Of a stretch of DNA of 64,000 bases, positions 25,754 through 34,781 are shown piece by piece; the first letter of the stretch is position 1, and every line of letters begins with the position of its first letter. The stretch covers positions 56,029 through 120,028 of the IMG/VR virus record IMGVR_UViG_3300045988_103986; one strand, given 5' to 3'. Origin of the DNA: a virus. Made by a program: the position numbers and the translations under genes. The notes below the pieces were generated by a model. The model saw only the letters and a program-made list of their open reading frames with translations, did no database searches and was not told the origin of the DNA.

Positions 25754-26671
25754 TTAGAAACACCATGCCGCTGCGATGCCGTCCACCTCGGACGCGACGC
25801 TCCAGTCTGCTTCACCGCTCCACCCAGTTCTGTCAAAGCAGGTGGTGCTGTTGAGTCTCGGCGAGCGCAAATACCACGCGCGGTTTTTCTTCCGGTTCGC
25901 GGCCGTCTGGTAATACTCGTACTGCGTGCCCTCGCCTGGATAGGAGAATGTCCGTGTGCCCTGTACCTCGATCTCCGACAACAGGAACAGCGTATCCTCC
26001 GTCGTGTCGATAGCCGAACTGGCGCTGCCTGCCGAGGTTTTCTTCGTCACGGCTTTCATCGCAGCCACGACCTCTGCCGGCATCACCTGTCTCAGCTTCG
26101 GGAATGCATTGTACGTTCGCACCAGACAGTTCACCCAACCACAGCTATTGCTCTCTGCACCGTTCATCTTATACTGCGTCGCGTAGGTCGTGTGCATCTG
26201 GAATGTCAGCGGAGCCTTGCCCGAGCCGTCGGCATAATCGTCGTGGTTCTTGCCGATGATGTCGATTGCGTAGGTCGTGTTGTTGATCGTCATGTTGCAG
26301 CTGTCGCCGACGTTCCATGTGTCAGGAACTTCTTTGTTATGCACAGCGGCAATGATGTCGGGCCAGCTGTTCTCGGAGAATACAGCCTTGATTAAAACGA
26401 CGCTAATCGCTTGCGTCGTGGTCGCAGTAACACCGAACTCTGTAAAGCTGATTGTGATCGCGGTATCACCCGTCGCGGCGACCGTGGGCGAGTATGTGAA
26501 TCCAGTTGTCACTTCTCTGGTCGCGCCATTGGAATACGTTGCTTCCAGTACCATTCCGGAAACGTCTATGGTCTCGTCCACTTTATATTCAGTCACTGTC
26601 GGTGGTGTCTTTACCGCAATGCTGGAAAGCTCAATTCCTCCAGACTTCTTATAAATCGTGTTTACAATCAT
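25754..26671 (-). CDS. Ig-like domain plus DUF6273 domain protein (fibre distal module)
   Basis: 305 aa. N-terminal Ig-like segment (PTVTEYKVDETIDVSGMVLEATYSNGATREV). The C-terminal domain ending AWYLRSPRLN..AAWCF is about 98% identical at the nucleotide level to 4508-5082. Coordinates are taken from the ORF track. Confidence 0.7.
   Translation of the reverse strand: MIVNTIYKKSGGIELSSIAVKTPPTVTEYKVDETIDVSGMVLEATYSNGATREVTTGFTYSPTVAATGDTAITISFTEFGVTATTTQAISVVLIKAVFSENSWPDIIAAVHNKEVPDTWNVGDSCNMTINNTTYAIDIIGKNHDDYADGSGKAPLTFQMHTTYATQYKMNGAESNSCGWVNCLVRTYNAFPKLRQVMPAEVVAAMKAVTKKTSAGSASSAIDTTEDTLFLLSEIEVQGTRTFSYPGEGTQYEYYQTAANRKKNRAWYLRSPRLNSTTCFDRTGWSGEADWSVASEVDGIAAAWCF
25755..26330 (-). repeat. 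Copy 2 of the 575-bp DUF6273 cassette direct repeat
   Basis: See 4508-5082. The copies are 21.2 kb apart in the same orientation. Confidence 0.9.
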
Positions 26672-26997
26672 ATAGCAGCCTCTTGAATGCTAACCAAGAT
26701 ATTGATATCGCCAGTGGGGATTTTATCGCATGTGAATGTCAGAAGATTTGCCGCCTGTGAGCGAAGCCAGACACCGGCTTCGTAGTATGCGTCCTGCATG
26801 GATGAAACAGGAGCAGCCTCAATCCGCTGCTTCGTTTCATCAGCGGAGATTCCGTCAACAACAATAGATTGCTGCATTGTCGCGCTGTCCCACGCGGAAG
26901 CCGGAAGCGTTGCCTGTACGATCTTCACCATAGCAAGGATGACTTTTTCTTTCGTCGGGACCGCTAGATCGTTATCGTATTTTGAAAGGTTCTTCAT
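26668..26997 (-). CDS. Fibre N-terminal anchor-like protein (109 aa)
   Basis: N-terminus MKNLSKYDNDLAVPTKEK parallels that of the 388-aa fibre. ATGA overlap with the following DUF6273 gene. Confidence 0.5.
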   Translation of the reverse strand: MKNLSKYDNDLAVPTKEKVILAMVKIVQATLPASAWDSATMQQSIVVDGISADETKQRIEAAPVSSMQDAYYEAGVWLRSQAANLLTFTCDKIPTGDINILVSIQEAAI

Positions 26998-27015
26998 TCC
27001 GCACCTCCGCTTTTT

Positions 27016-27080
27016 GCATCAAACAGCACCTCAAAAGAATTTCTGAGGTGTTCTTTGATGCCCCCGGATTTCTCCGGGGG
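27016..27080 (-). promoter_or_regulatory. Two adjacent strong hairpins between fibre genes (no U tract)
   Basis: gcatcaaacagcacctca (27016-27033) pairs with tgaggtgttctttgatgc (27044-27061). A second hairpin cccccgga-tttc-tccggggg lies at 27061-27080. Confidence 0.4.
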
Positions 27081-27094
27081 CTATAACGTGCAAA

Positions 27095-28630
27095 TCAGCC
27101 GATTGCAACGACCTTGTAGGTGCCAGCCGCCAGCGTGGTAGCAGTGGAATCAGTCTGGTTGATAACAACAGTGATGCTGTTGTCCTCGTTCAGAGAGACA
27201 TCCGCAATTACCATGTCGTTGGTAGCAACTTCGTACACCTGAACCAGCATCGGGAACGTGGGGCCGTTATCCTGTGCCGCAATGGTCCACGTGTAAGCGC
27301 CGCCTGCAGCCGTCAGGACGGGGTTGTTAGTGCTGTACTTCTTGAGGTGTACCGGCATAGCCTGCCAAGTCGGGGCATTATCCGCGCCGCCGGAGACCAG
27401 AATCTGACCGGCCTCACCGGCCCCAGTGGGAGCAAAGAAGGACGGGTCCTTCGTAGCCGTACCATTGAGCGTGATGGTGTTGTTGGTAGCACCTTCGGCA
27501 ACAGCATCCAGTTTGTTCTTGTCTTCCTTACTGAACTGCGTGTAGGTGGTGCCTGCGCCGATGTCATCCTGCGTCAGGACAACGACACCAGTCTTGCCGT
27601 TGACAGAGTTGACGTCAGACGGGTTGCAGAGCACGTAGGTCGTGCCGCCCCAACGATACTGCTTGTTCTGGTAAGCACCTTCCGTCATAACAACGTAGAT
27701 CTTACCAGTCTCCGGAGTCAGGGCTTCGCCGCCAGCGGTCAGGGACAGCCAGTCAGTTGCAAGCGGGGTCTCGCCGACGATGTAGGCTTCCACAACGTCA
27801 TCGACGTAGCTGGGCAGCTGGGCAGCCGGAACAAGGCCGTCAGCGCCGAGGGTCGCAACGCCGTTCGCCGCGCCTTTCTCGGAAGCAGGAATCTTGGAGT
27901 CGAGCTGTTCCTGCGCGTCAGAGGTGAGGCCAGTGATGTACTGTGCGCCAACGATCTCCTTTGCCTCAATGGCAGTGACGTGGCCGGCAGCGTCAACAGT
28001 GACGCCTACAGTGTGCGTGGCATCGCCGTATGCGCCTGCAGTTGCACCGGAGAATGCGTGACCGACGGTGATGGTCTTCGCCGTAGGATCAGCAGCAACA
28101 TGCGTCCACTTGTCACCAGAGGCCAGCGTGAAAGTGTCCGTCTTGGAGCTCGCGGAAACGGTAGCTGCAGCAGCCTGACCGGCGACCTCAGTCGTATCGT
28201 TCTCACTCTGCTTCGGGACATTGATGTTCGACCATGCGTTCTGGTTGACTTCGCCGCCGCCAGCAACCGCGTTCTTGACCGCAGTGTCGAGGGCTGCCAT
28301 AGCCTGCTGGATTGTCATGTCCTTTGCGACATAACCATCGTCAACAGGCGTATAGCCGGTCAGAGTCAGTTCGACGACATTCTTGGTGGTTACAGTGCCG
28401 GTGGAATCGAGGCCAACGATGACTGCACCGGTGCTGCCTTCCTGGTTGTAGACAACACCTACGGGCTTCCAGCGTTCGCCATCAAACTGATAAATGACCT
28501 TATCAGTGCTGTTGGTGTAAATCTGACCGAACTTCGGGTTCGCAGGCGCAGTAGCCAGCGGCTGAATGACAGCATTCTGAAGTTCATTTTTGCTGAGGTC
28601 AAGATTTACGAGGAAGGTTCTTTTGCTCAT
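27095..28630 (-). CDS. Tail/neck fibre protein (511 aa)
   Basis: N-terminus 'LVNLDLSKNELQNAVIQPLATAPANPKFGQIY' is typical of Firmicutes prophage fibre/HylP-type N-termini. Internal 'SVNGKTGVVVLTQDDIGAG'. Confidence 0.7.
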   Translation of the reverse strand: MSKRTFLVNLDLSKNELQNAVIQPLATAPANPKFGQIYTNSTDKVIYQFDGERWKPVGVVYNQEGSTGAVIVGLDSTGTVTTKNVVELTLTGYTPVDDGYVAKDMTIQQAMAALDTAVKNAVAGGGEVNQNAWSNINVPKQSENDTTEVAGQAAAATVSASSKTDTFTLASGDKWTHVAADPTAKTITVGHAFSGATAGAYGDATHTVGVTVDAAGHVTAIEAKEIVGAQYITGLTSDAQEQLDSKIPASEKGAANGVATLGADGLVPAAQLPSYVDDVVEAYIVGETPLATDWLSLTAGGEALTPETGKIYVVMTEGAYQNKQYRWGGTTYVLCNPSDVNSVNGKTGVVVLTQDDIGAGTTYTQFSKEDKNKLDAVAEGATNNTITLNGTATKDPSFFAPTGAGEAGQILVSGGADNAPTWQAMPVHLKKYSTNNPVLTAAGGAYTWTIAAQDNGPTFPMLVQVYEVATNDMVIADVSLNEDNSITVVINQTDSTATTLAAGTYKVVAIG

Positions 28631-28648
28631 TTTACTTTCTCCTTTGCG

Positions 28649-29107
28649 TTAATTTAGATATGCAACTCCAGAAAACGGAGATGCAAACAACAGAATGACA
28701 TTGTTGCTATCCACATACTGAACTTCTCCAACAACCTCAGAGCCGGCGCTGTCAGCAACCGTTACAGACGGATATTTACCCATATTATGAGCGATTTCCC
28801 ACTTCTTTTCGGCGGTTGCCTGTGTAAATGTGAAGCTCTTGTCTCCACCTCCACCGGATTCAGCCCCTAGATGCTTCAGCGTTTTATCAGGTTGGATGAT
28901 ATACGCGTCGGCTGAAGAATCTGTCAGAACGTGAATGATTTGGCTGTAAAAGTACAGTGTGTCGGTCGAGCCAGGAGGACCAGCAGTTGCAGCAGCAGCT
29001 TGCGCTTCTTCGAGCGATGAGAAATACGAGTTGTATTCTGCTGGAATCGCAGACGTCATTGCGAAGGACACGCTCATGCCAAGCTTCGGAACGTTTGGAA
29101 GTGCCAT
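28649..29107 (-). CDS. Hypothetical fibre-module protein (152 aa)
   Basis: ORF with an AGGAGG RBS, located between two fibre genes. Confidence 0.45.
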   Translation of the reverse strand: MALPNVPKLGMSVSFAMTSAIPAEYNSYFSSLEEAQAAAATAGPPGSTDTLYFYSQIIHVLTDSSADAYIIQPDKTLKHLGAESGGGGDKSFTFTQATAEKKWEIAHNMGKYPSVTVADSAGSEVVGEVQYVDSNNVILLFASPFSGVAYLN

Positions 29108-29123
29108 CTTTGTTCCTCCTTTC

Positions 29124-30262
29124 TCAAATGGTTACGTTGTAGGTGTTCTTTGTGTCGTTTGGAGTTGCAAAATCCAGGGTGTAGACTTTGTAAGGAATCG
29201 ATAGATACGATGCCGCGCCCTCGACTTCTACAGTTGCCTGTGTAAATGCGGTCGTAATGTCGGCGTTCAGGCCATTTACGTCCTTGATGCTCGTTACATC
29301 TCGCAGGGTTGCCGGGTATGCAATAATGACCCGCAGTGCGCCAACCGGAATCGTTACGCTGAACGTCGAGCCGTTTGCGTATGCTCGGTTCGATTTCTGC
29401 GCAAGGCCACGAATCACAGCACTATCCGTTGCTGCTTCCTTGTCGGTCGTCGTTCCGTAGAAGGAATTGCGGTATCCGGTGATTGCACCGGTAGCGGCAG
29501 ATTTCGTTCCACCCTTGATTTGACCAGCCGGATATTCCTGATCTAGTGCGGTAAATGGAATCTCACCATCGCTGTATGTGCAGTTGAGCGTAATCCTGTA
29601 GTTTGCACCATCTGGTACGATATAGGCCGCAAACGCGCCGCTCTGCGCCGCGATTTGTTCAGATGTAACGTTGTTGACAGCGGACCAGCTTTGTGCAACA
29701 ACACCTGTCGGCTTTGGTTTGTATTCGTAGGCCCCCGGATTCAGCGACCCATTGTATGCAGGCGTGACACTTGTTCCGACTTCATATGCCCTTGCCGTAG
29801 AACTCGATACACTTACAGATGGCTGTGTAATCGTCGGATTTTTATCCTGGGAAAAAGCGTCAAGGACTACTGCCTGCACACTTATGTTTTCTGCGGGAAC
29901 CGTGACTTTACCGTCAACAGGCACATATCGGCCAAACTGTTCCGTGAGCACAAGATCTTTCGTGAATAGAACTTGGTCTGCCGTCGGGGTCTCACCCGTA
30001 CCGCCGCTGCCCGGCTTATACCAAAGAGCGCCGGTCTCATCGACTCCGACTTGTGCCGTCATCTCGTCGGTCTTCGGAATCGCCTTTACGCCGCCGAGCG
30101 CTTCTTCGCTGGCGACCGGAAGCTCATAAGCCTCCGGTTTATCGGTCAAACTGTTGTACGAGCCATCAAAGTCCGACGTGCCAGCGCCGATGTTCTCCCT
30201 AGCCTGTTGCTTCTCTGCGTCAGAGAGTGCCTGCGCCGTTGTTTTTACCGCGTGCGTCTGAA
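29124..30262 (-). CDS. Fibre protein C-terminal part; open frame extends upstream of the annotated TTG start with no start codon
   Basis: The frame is open from about 30262. Residues ..AVKTTAQALSDAEKQQARENIGAGTSDFDGSYNSL (30150-30250) carry the fibre motif 'QxxARxNIGAG' but contain no ATG, GTG or TTG. This frame is -1 relative to the upstream ORF at 30245-30790. Confidence 0.55.
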
Positions 30263-30790
30263 GATGTATCCAGCTCCGTTTTTGAGGTCCTTATTGTCCG
30301 TTGGAACAGTTATGTCAACCGTCTTATTATTGATTGACTGTTCAATCCCATTGACCGAGATGGTGTCGATTTTACCGCCGTTCTCCGAAACGAACTTCGA
30401 TATGCCGCCAGCTTCCGCGACAGTTCCATCCGGGTCGTAAGTGGCCTTCAGCATATCTCCGCCGCCAGCGTTTTCGATTGCATCCGCGACGGCCTTTTCG
30501 CTCGGTACTTTGTCTGCGCTCGTTCCAAGCTGTTGGGTGATGTCATCCTTCGAAACCGCACCAACATCAGAAGCATTGAGCTCGACTGCCCCCGTTTTCC
30601 CGTTTACGCTGGTTACGGGAGTGGCAGTGGTTTCCCATTCTGTCGGGTTTCCATTTTCATCGACGCTCTTTACTACCGGGATTTGACCAGGAGTAGCACC
30701 GGTGATGCCAAGGGAAGGATCTCCGCTTTCGACTACGTAAGTGTCCGGAAGGCCCGGAAACTTTATTGTTTTTAATGGAACATTCGCCAT
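30245..30790 (-). CDS. Fibre protein N-terminal part (181 aa in the current frame)
   Basis: 'VTSVNGKTGAVELNASDVGA' motif. Ends ..NGAGYIFRRTR* and overlaps the open downstream frame by about 18 nt. Confidence 0.6.
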   Translation of the reverse strand: MANVPLKTIKFPGLPDTYVVESGDPSLGITGATPGQIPVVKSVDENGNPTEWETTATPVTSVNGKTGAVELNASDVGAVSKDDITQQLGTSADKVPSEKAVADAIENAGGGDMLKATYDPDGTVAEAGGISKFVSENGGKIDTISVNGIEQSINNKTVDITVPTDNKDLKNGAGYIFRRTR

Positions 30791-30808
30791 AGTGCGGCCA
30801 CCTCTTTC

Positions 30809-31507
30809 TCATTCCCAAAAAATACTTATATTTCCGGCTCCGTCGTCCTTCGCTCCAGCTCCGGGAATGCTGGTAATCACAACGTTCCCGTCGCCAAGGT
30901 CTGCCGCACCAAACGTGCCGGCACCAATGTTTTCTCGCGCCTGCAGTTTCTGTTCTGCGGTCAGATCTTGTGCTTGATCGTACAGGACAGCGCCGGTCCC
31001 GGCCTTATCTGCGCCGATGTTCTTACGTGCCTGTTCTTGCTGTTCTTCCGTGAGATCTTGCTGGATGTCATATCGTACTGTGCCTTCTGGAGTGACCGTA
31101 ACGCCGGCCGCGTTGATTCTGATATAAATCAGCCCGGTAACGCCGCTGTTATCAGAAGTGTTTCGGTTGACACTGCTACCTGTCGAGCTGTCTTTTCCGA
31201 TGATTCCTCGGCTCAAAGCTTTCGCCACGTCAATCGACTCGCCAGAACCGCCAAAGATTGAGCCGTCCGAGAACTCCACTCTTGCCTGCGGCTCAACATA
31301 GCCGCGCATGGCAAATGTCTGTTTTTGCGTGAGCGGCATCATCCACTTTCCGTTTTCATAGGTGACGTTTCCTGGATACTGCCTTGAAAGACTGCCGAGG
31401 TTCAAAACCACGGTCTTCACGATATCTGGCGTAATGAGCGTCCCATCCAATGCCTGCAGCATAAAAGGGACTGCGTATTTATCTCCCTGTGTCATTGAAA
31501 CAGCCAT
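30809..31507 (-). CDS. Fibre/appendage protein with two 'LTxEQxxQARxNIGA' repeats
   Basis: 232 aa, containing 'DLTEEQQEQARKNIGAD' and 'DLTAEQKLQARENIGAG'. Confidence 0.6.
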   Translation of the reverse strand: MAVSMTQGDKYAVPFMLQALDGTLITPDIVKTVVLNLGSLSRQYPGNVTYENGKWMMPLTQKQTFAMRGYVEPQARVEFSDGSIFGGSGESIDVAKALSRGIIGKDSSTGSSVNRNTSDNSGVTGLIYIRINAAGVTVTPEGTVRYDIQQDLTEEQQEQARKNIGADKAGTGAVLYDQAQDLTAEQKLQARENIGAGTFGAADLGDGNVVITSIPGAGAKDDGAGNISIFWE

Positions 31508-32826
31508 CAGATCCCCTCCAGTTTGATTTTTGTGCTTACGCTCTTATCGCCATAGGTTGCTGTAACGATCAGCGGTTTTGTATCTCCCTGCCAGCATGTA
31601 ATCGTCACAGAGTTCTCGCTGATATCTGCACTGTACGCCATTGTGTCCGGACCTTCGAATGTGTACGTGACTATATCTTCCGTCTGCTCGCCGAGGTCAA
31701 AGTATGCTGCCGTCAGCGTGCAACTTTCATAGGATTTCAGCCGTTCCGGAGTAGTCCCAAGGAATGCGATTTCCGGCTCTTCCGAAATAGGCTCAACCAT
31801 CAATTCATAATCCATAAAAATGTCCTGATTCTGTGCCAGCGAGCATCGGATCACACATTTTCCTCCGGAGACGGCCGTAACGAGTCCATCCGGTCTCACG
31901 ATTGCCACCTCATCATTCAGTGACGTCCAAATGTAATTCACCGGGTGTGCTTCTGTGCTCGCTGCGTATTCTCCGCAGCGGATACTTGTAGCGGTCAGCA
32001 AGCCCTTCTGGCCGGCTTTTATCTTTGGTTGTCCGTTCACTCGAATTTCCCAAGAAAACGTCTTGCCGCCCGCCACATGGCGCTCCATGTCGTCTATTTC
32101 TTCGTTCGGTGGATCATATCTGGCCGTGAATTCAAGCAGCCGGACAGAATCATAGTCGCCGGTGAATTCCTGTGCATAGTCACCAAAGCCTGTGATGTGA
32201 TAGGCAGCTGACCCCAGAATGATTCTGCTGTTTGTGTTCAGTTTCTTCGTCTCTTCGTTTCGCTGGCATGTGATATTGACATAGCCCTTCGTGATAAGGG
32301 CATATTCCTGCATGTCGCTTTCGTTCGCGGTCAAGATTGCCTTTTCAACGCAAATTGGCTCTTTCAGGAGATTGCCGTACCAGTCCAGATGGTTCCACGT
32401 CGACCGGCAGCGCTGTATGACTCCGCCGCCAATCGCGTTTGAGATGTTCTGTGGATTCGTGACCAGCCAGATACTTCCCATTGCCTCGATTTTCGTTCCT
32501 TCTGGAACGTACTCGATGCTTTCGTCCGCAAAGATGATGTTCTTGTAGTCATCCTGTTTCCGGAGCGTAGACGCTGTTTCCGGTGCGATATCCGCCATGC
32601 GGATCATCGTTGTTTCCCATTCATACGGCGCATCCGGGTTTAGGCCCTGCACGCGGGCTGCAAAGAAGTCTGTAGCGTACTTTGCGTACTGATGTACAAA
32701 TTCTGTGCTGGGGTCTCCAAGGTATTGCCGCTGTCGGCCAGCATATTGCGCCGGAGCATTTCGAATCGCCGTCTTCAGTCGGCCAGACACAATCAGGCCG
32801 TTCGTGATGTTGTCCGAGATCGGCAT
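31507..32826 (-). CDS. Structural protein with C-terminal Big_2-like Ig domains (439 aa)
   Basis: 'VAIVRPDGLVTAVSGGKCVIRCSL' is Big_2-like. Start/stop overlap with the next gene. Confidence 0.55.
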   Translation of the reverse strand: MPISDNITNGLIVSGRLKTAIRNAPAQYAGRQRQYLGDPSTEFVHQYAKYATDFFAARVQGLNPDAPYEWETTMIRMADIAPETASTLRKQDDYKNIIFADESIEYVPEGTKIEAMGSIWLVTNPQNISNAIGGGVIQRCRSTWNHLDWYGNLLKEPICVEKAILTANESDMQEYALITKGYVNITCQRNEETKKLNTNSRIILGSAAYHITGFGDYAQEFTGDYDSVRLLEFTARYDPPNEEIDDMERHVAGGKTFSWEIRVNGQPKIKAGQKGLLTATSIRCGEYAASTEAHPVNYIWTSLNDEVAIVRPDGLVTAVSGGKCVIRCSLAQNQDIFMDYELMVEPISEEPEIAFLGTTPERLKSYESCTLTAAYFDLGEQTEDIVTYTFEGPDTMAYSADISENSVTITCWQGDTKPLIVTATYGDKSVSTKIKLEGI

Positions 32827-32856
32827 GATATCCAGCCACCTCTTTCCGAATTTGAA

Positions 32857-33570
32857 TCAGAGCATCGAGAATACGCGCCGCATGGGGTTGACTCTGCGCA
32901 TGTAGGCACATTCCTGCTCATATCCGCGCAACTCCGAATAGAAGAGCTGCAGATTTTCTTTGTACCGTGCCGTCGACTCCTTCATCGTTGTGTTCTCGTT
33001 CGGCGTGTTGAAACTCTTATCCTTGACCTTCGGCTGGATGTTCAGCCACTCCCGGTTGAACCGGTTATCCCATGTCACAGCGATTGCCAGCCCGAGAAGT
33101 CTCTTTTGCCGGAATGTCAGGTCATGAGCGAACTGACCATCCGTGTAAAAGTCCAGCCTGTACTCCACGTCGGCGCTGTCCTGCTGTGGGAATGTCACCA
33201 TGCCGGTTTCTGGGTCATACGTAAAGTCTGTATATGGGAAGAACGCCGCATCTCCGTTTCGTGCATACTGGACGCTCACGCAGTTGCAAAGCTCATAGCC
33301 GACCTTTCCGGTTTCGACGACAGTCTCCTGCGTTGTGCTGATCTGGTCGCTTGTCCACTCAAAGTCAGCATACTGCGGCTCTACGAGGCCATCTGTCAGG
33401 TAGACCAGCAGTTCAGGTGGACTTTTTAGCATTGGGATTGCCATCCCCATCCAGGAGCTCATGCGGCGGAAGAAGAGTGCCGCATCGGTTCTCAGATCGT
33501 CTTGCATCCGGTCATCGCCGATTACTACCATTGCAGAATTTGTAATGATGTCGCTCCAAGCAGTCCCCAT
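32857..33570 (-). CDS. Hypothetical head-tail joining region protein (237 aa)
   Basis: ORF with TAATG coupling to the upstream small gene. Confidence 0.45.
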   Translation of the reverse strand: MGTAWSDIITNSAMVVIGDDRMQDDLRTDAALFFRRMSSWMGMAIPMLKSPPELLVYLTDGLVEPQYADFEWTSDQISTTQETVVETGKVGYELCNCVSVQYARNGDAAFFPYTDFTYDPETGMVTFPQQDSADVEYRLDFYTDGQFAHDLTFRQKRLLGLAIAVTWDNRFNREWLNIQPKVKDKSFNTPNENTTMKESTARYKENLQLFYSELRGYEQECAYMRRVNPMRRVFSML

Positions 33571-33719
33571 TATTCCCAGTCCTCGCTTTCATACGAGTCT
33601 CTATCCATGACTGCCATGTACTCTTCCCGAATACAGTTCGCGGCGGTTTCATCCTGAATCAGTTCCAGAAGTTCCTCAATTACGCCGCAAAGCGCTTCGA
33701 TTTTTTCCTTGCTGTCCAT
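33570..33719 (-). CDS. Small acidic protein (49 aa)
   Basis: MDSKEKIEALCGVIEELLELIQDETAANCIREEYMAVMDRDSYESEDWE. Below the ORF-track cutoff. Stop overlaps the next ATG. Confidence 0.4.
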   Translation of the reverse strand: MDSKEKIEALCGVIEELLELIQDETAANCIREEYMAVMDRDSYESEDWE

Positions 33720-33746
33720 GATGTGACCGCCGCCTTTCCTATAACG

Positions 33747-34742
33747 TTAAGCCGTGACAGTGACAGTGCATTGTGCCTGTCCCGCCAGATAGTTTTCATT
33801 TTCATCCTGCGTGACAGTGATAACCGTCTCGCCGGCAGTCAGCGCTTCAACAGTGACGTTCGAACTTTCATCTACATCGCCAAGCGCTGCGACCTCTGGC
33901 ACGCTGTTCTCAACGCGCATCTCCCCATTGGAGCTGGTCGTGATTTTAAATGTATCGCTCGTTCCGGCCGACATCTCCAGCGCATCCGGACTGACGCTCA
34001 GTCCAGCAGCTGCCTTTGCAATCGCCCACGGAACGATAATTGTTCCCTTGTAGTCCCCCTTGCCGTCAATACGCAGAGAATAGGCCCCAGCATTCGTACC
34101 GGTATTGTCTGCGACGGCATAGTCTGTGTCTTCCGTCAGCGCATTACCGCCGAGTGTTACGCTTTTAACCTCTTTGGTCTGCTCGCTGCCGGTATAGGTG
34201 AGTGCATCTCCGACAACGACATCGGCGTTTTCCAGACTCAGTTTGACGGTCATAGATTCTTCGAGGTTGTAGAAGAATCCAGCCCGTACTCCATTGGCCG
34301 TGATGATATAACCGCCAATCGCCAGCTCATATTCGCCAGCTTTTGTCTGTGGGATCTCATATCCGCCACGAGAGATCTTCGCGCCCGAGACAGTTGAAAT
34401 CGCTACAACGCCGTGTGTTTTGTTCGCCATCCCCCACCGGACGTGCAGATAAGTAAGCGTTGCAGCCGCGTTGAAGACAATGTACTCAATCGGGCCGTTG
34501 TATCGAACGGTATAGACCGTTCCTTCCTGCACGGCGGTCAGTTGTGTCTCTCGGTTGAGTTTCACGGTAAAAGCTGCCGCCGATTGCATTTCGACGCCGA
34601 GGATATCTGCTTCTGAGCCGCGCCAGTCAAGGCCGGGGAAGCCATTCTGTACTGCAGTGCGGATATCCGGCAGGACGTTCATATTCGCCGCGTATGCGGA
34701 CGCAGGCACAAAGGAAAATTCACTATAGGCAGGACTACTCAT
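33747..34742 (-). CDS. Ig-like/MBG-domain protein (head decoration or appendage candidate)
   Basis: ATG at 34742 with RBS AAAGAGG. 'ALTYTGSEQTKEVKSVTLGGNALTEDTDYAVADNTGTNAGAYSLRIDGKGDYKGT' is MBG-like. C-terminal Big-like domain. Confidence 0.55.
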   Translation of the reverse strand: MSSPAYSEFSFVPASAYAANMNVLPDIRTAVQNGFPGLDWRGSEADILGVEMQSAAAFTVKLNRETQLTAVQEGTVYTVRYNGPIEYIVFNAAATLTYLHVRWGMANKTHGVVAISTVSGAKISRGGYEIPQTKAGEYELAIGGYIITANGVRAGFFYNLEESMTVKLSLENADVVVGDALTYTGSEQTKEVKSVTLGGNALTEDTDYAVADNTGTNAGAYSLRIDGKGDYKGTIIVPWAIAKAAAGLSVSPDALEMSAGTSDTFKITTSSNGEMRVENSVPEVAALGDVDESSNVTVEALTAGETVITVTQDENENYLAGQAQCTVTVTA

Positions 34743-34781
34743 GTTAAAACCTCTTTCCTGCGCCCGGATACGGCGCAAAGT

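Noticed and set aside
25741-25810. By my base-by-base reading of the printed sequence, cassette copy 2 has one extra T near 25800/25801 relative to copy 1. This would frameshift the last 16 codons of ORF 25754-26671.
   Set aside because: The supplied ORF track reports an intact ORF ending ..SVASEVDGIAAAWCF at 25754, and neighbouring track coordinates agree with my numbering. I treat this as my own counting uncertainty and use the track coordinates.
4508-26330. Whether the 575-bp repeat pair is a DGR template/variable-region pair.
   Set aside because: There is no reverse transcriptase anywhere in the window. The ~12 mismatches are not adenine-specific. The repeat ends exactly at a stop codon, as expected for simple duplication or recombination.
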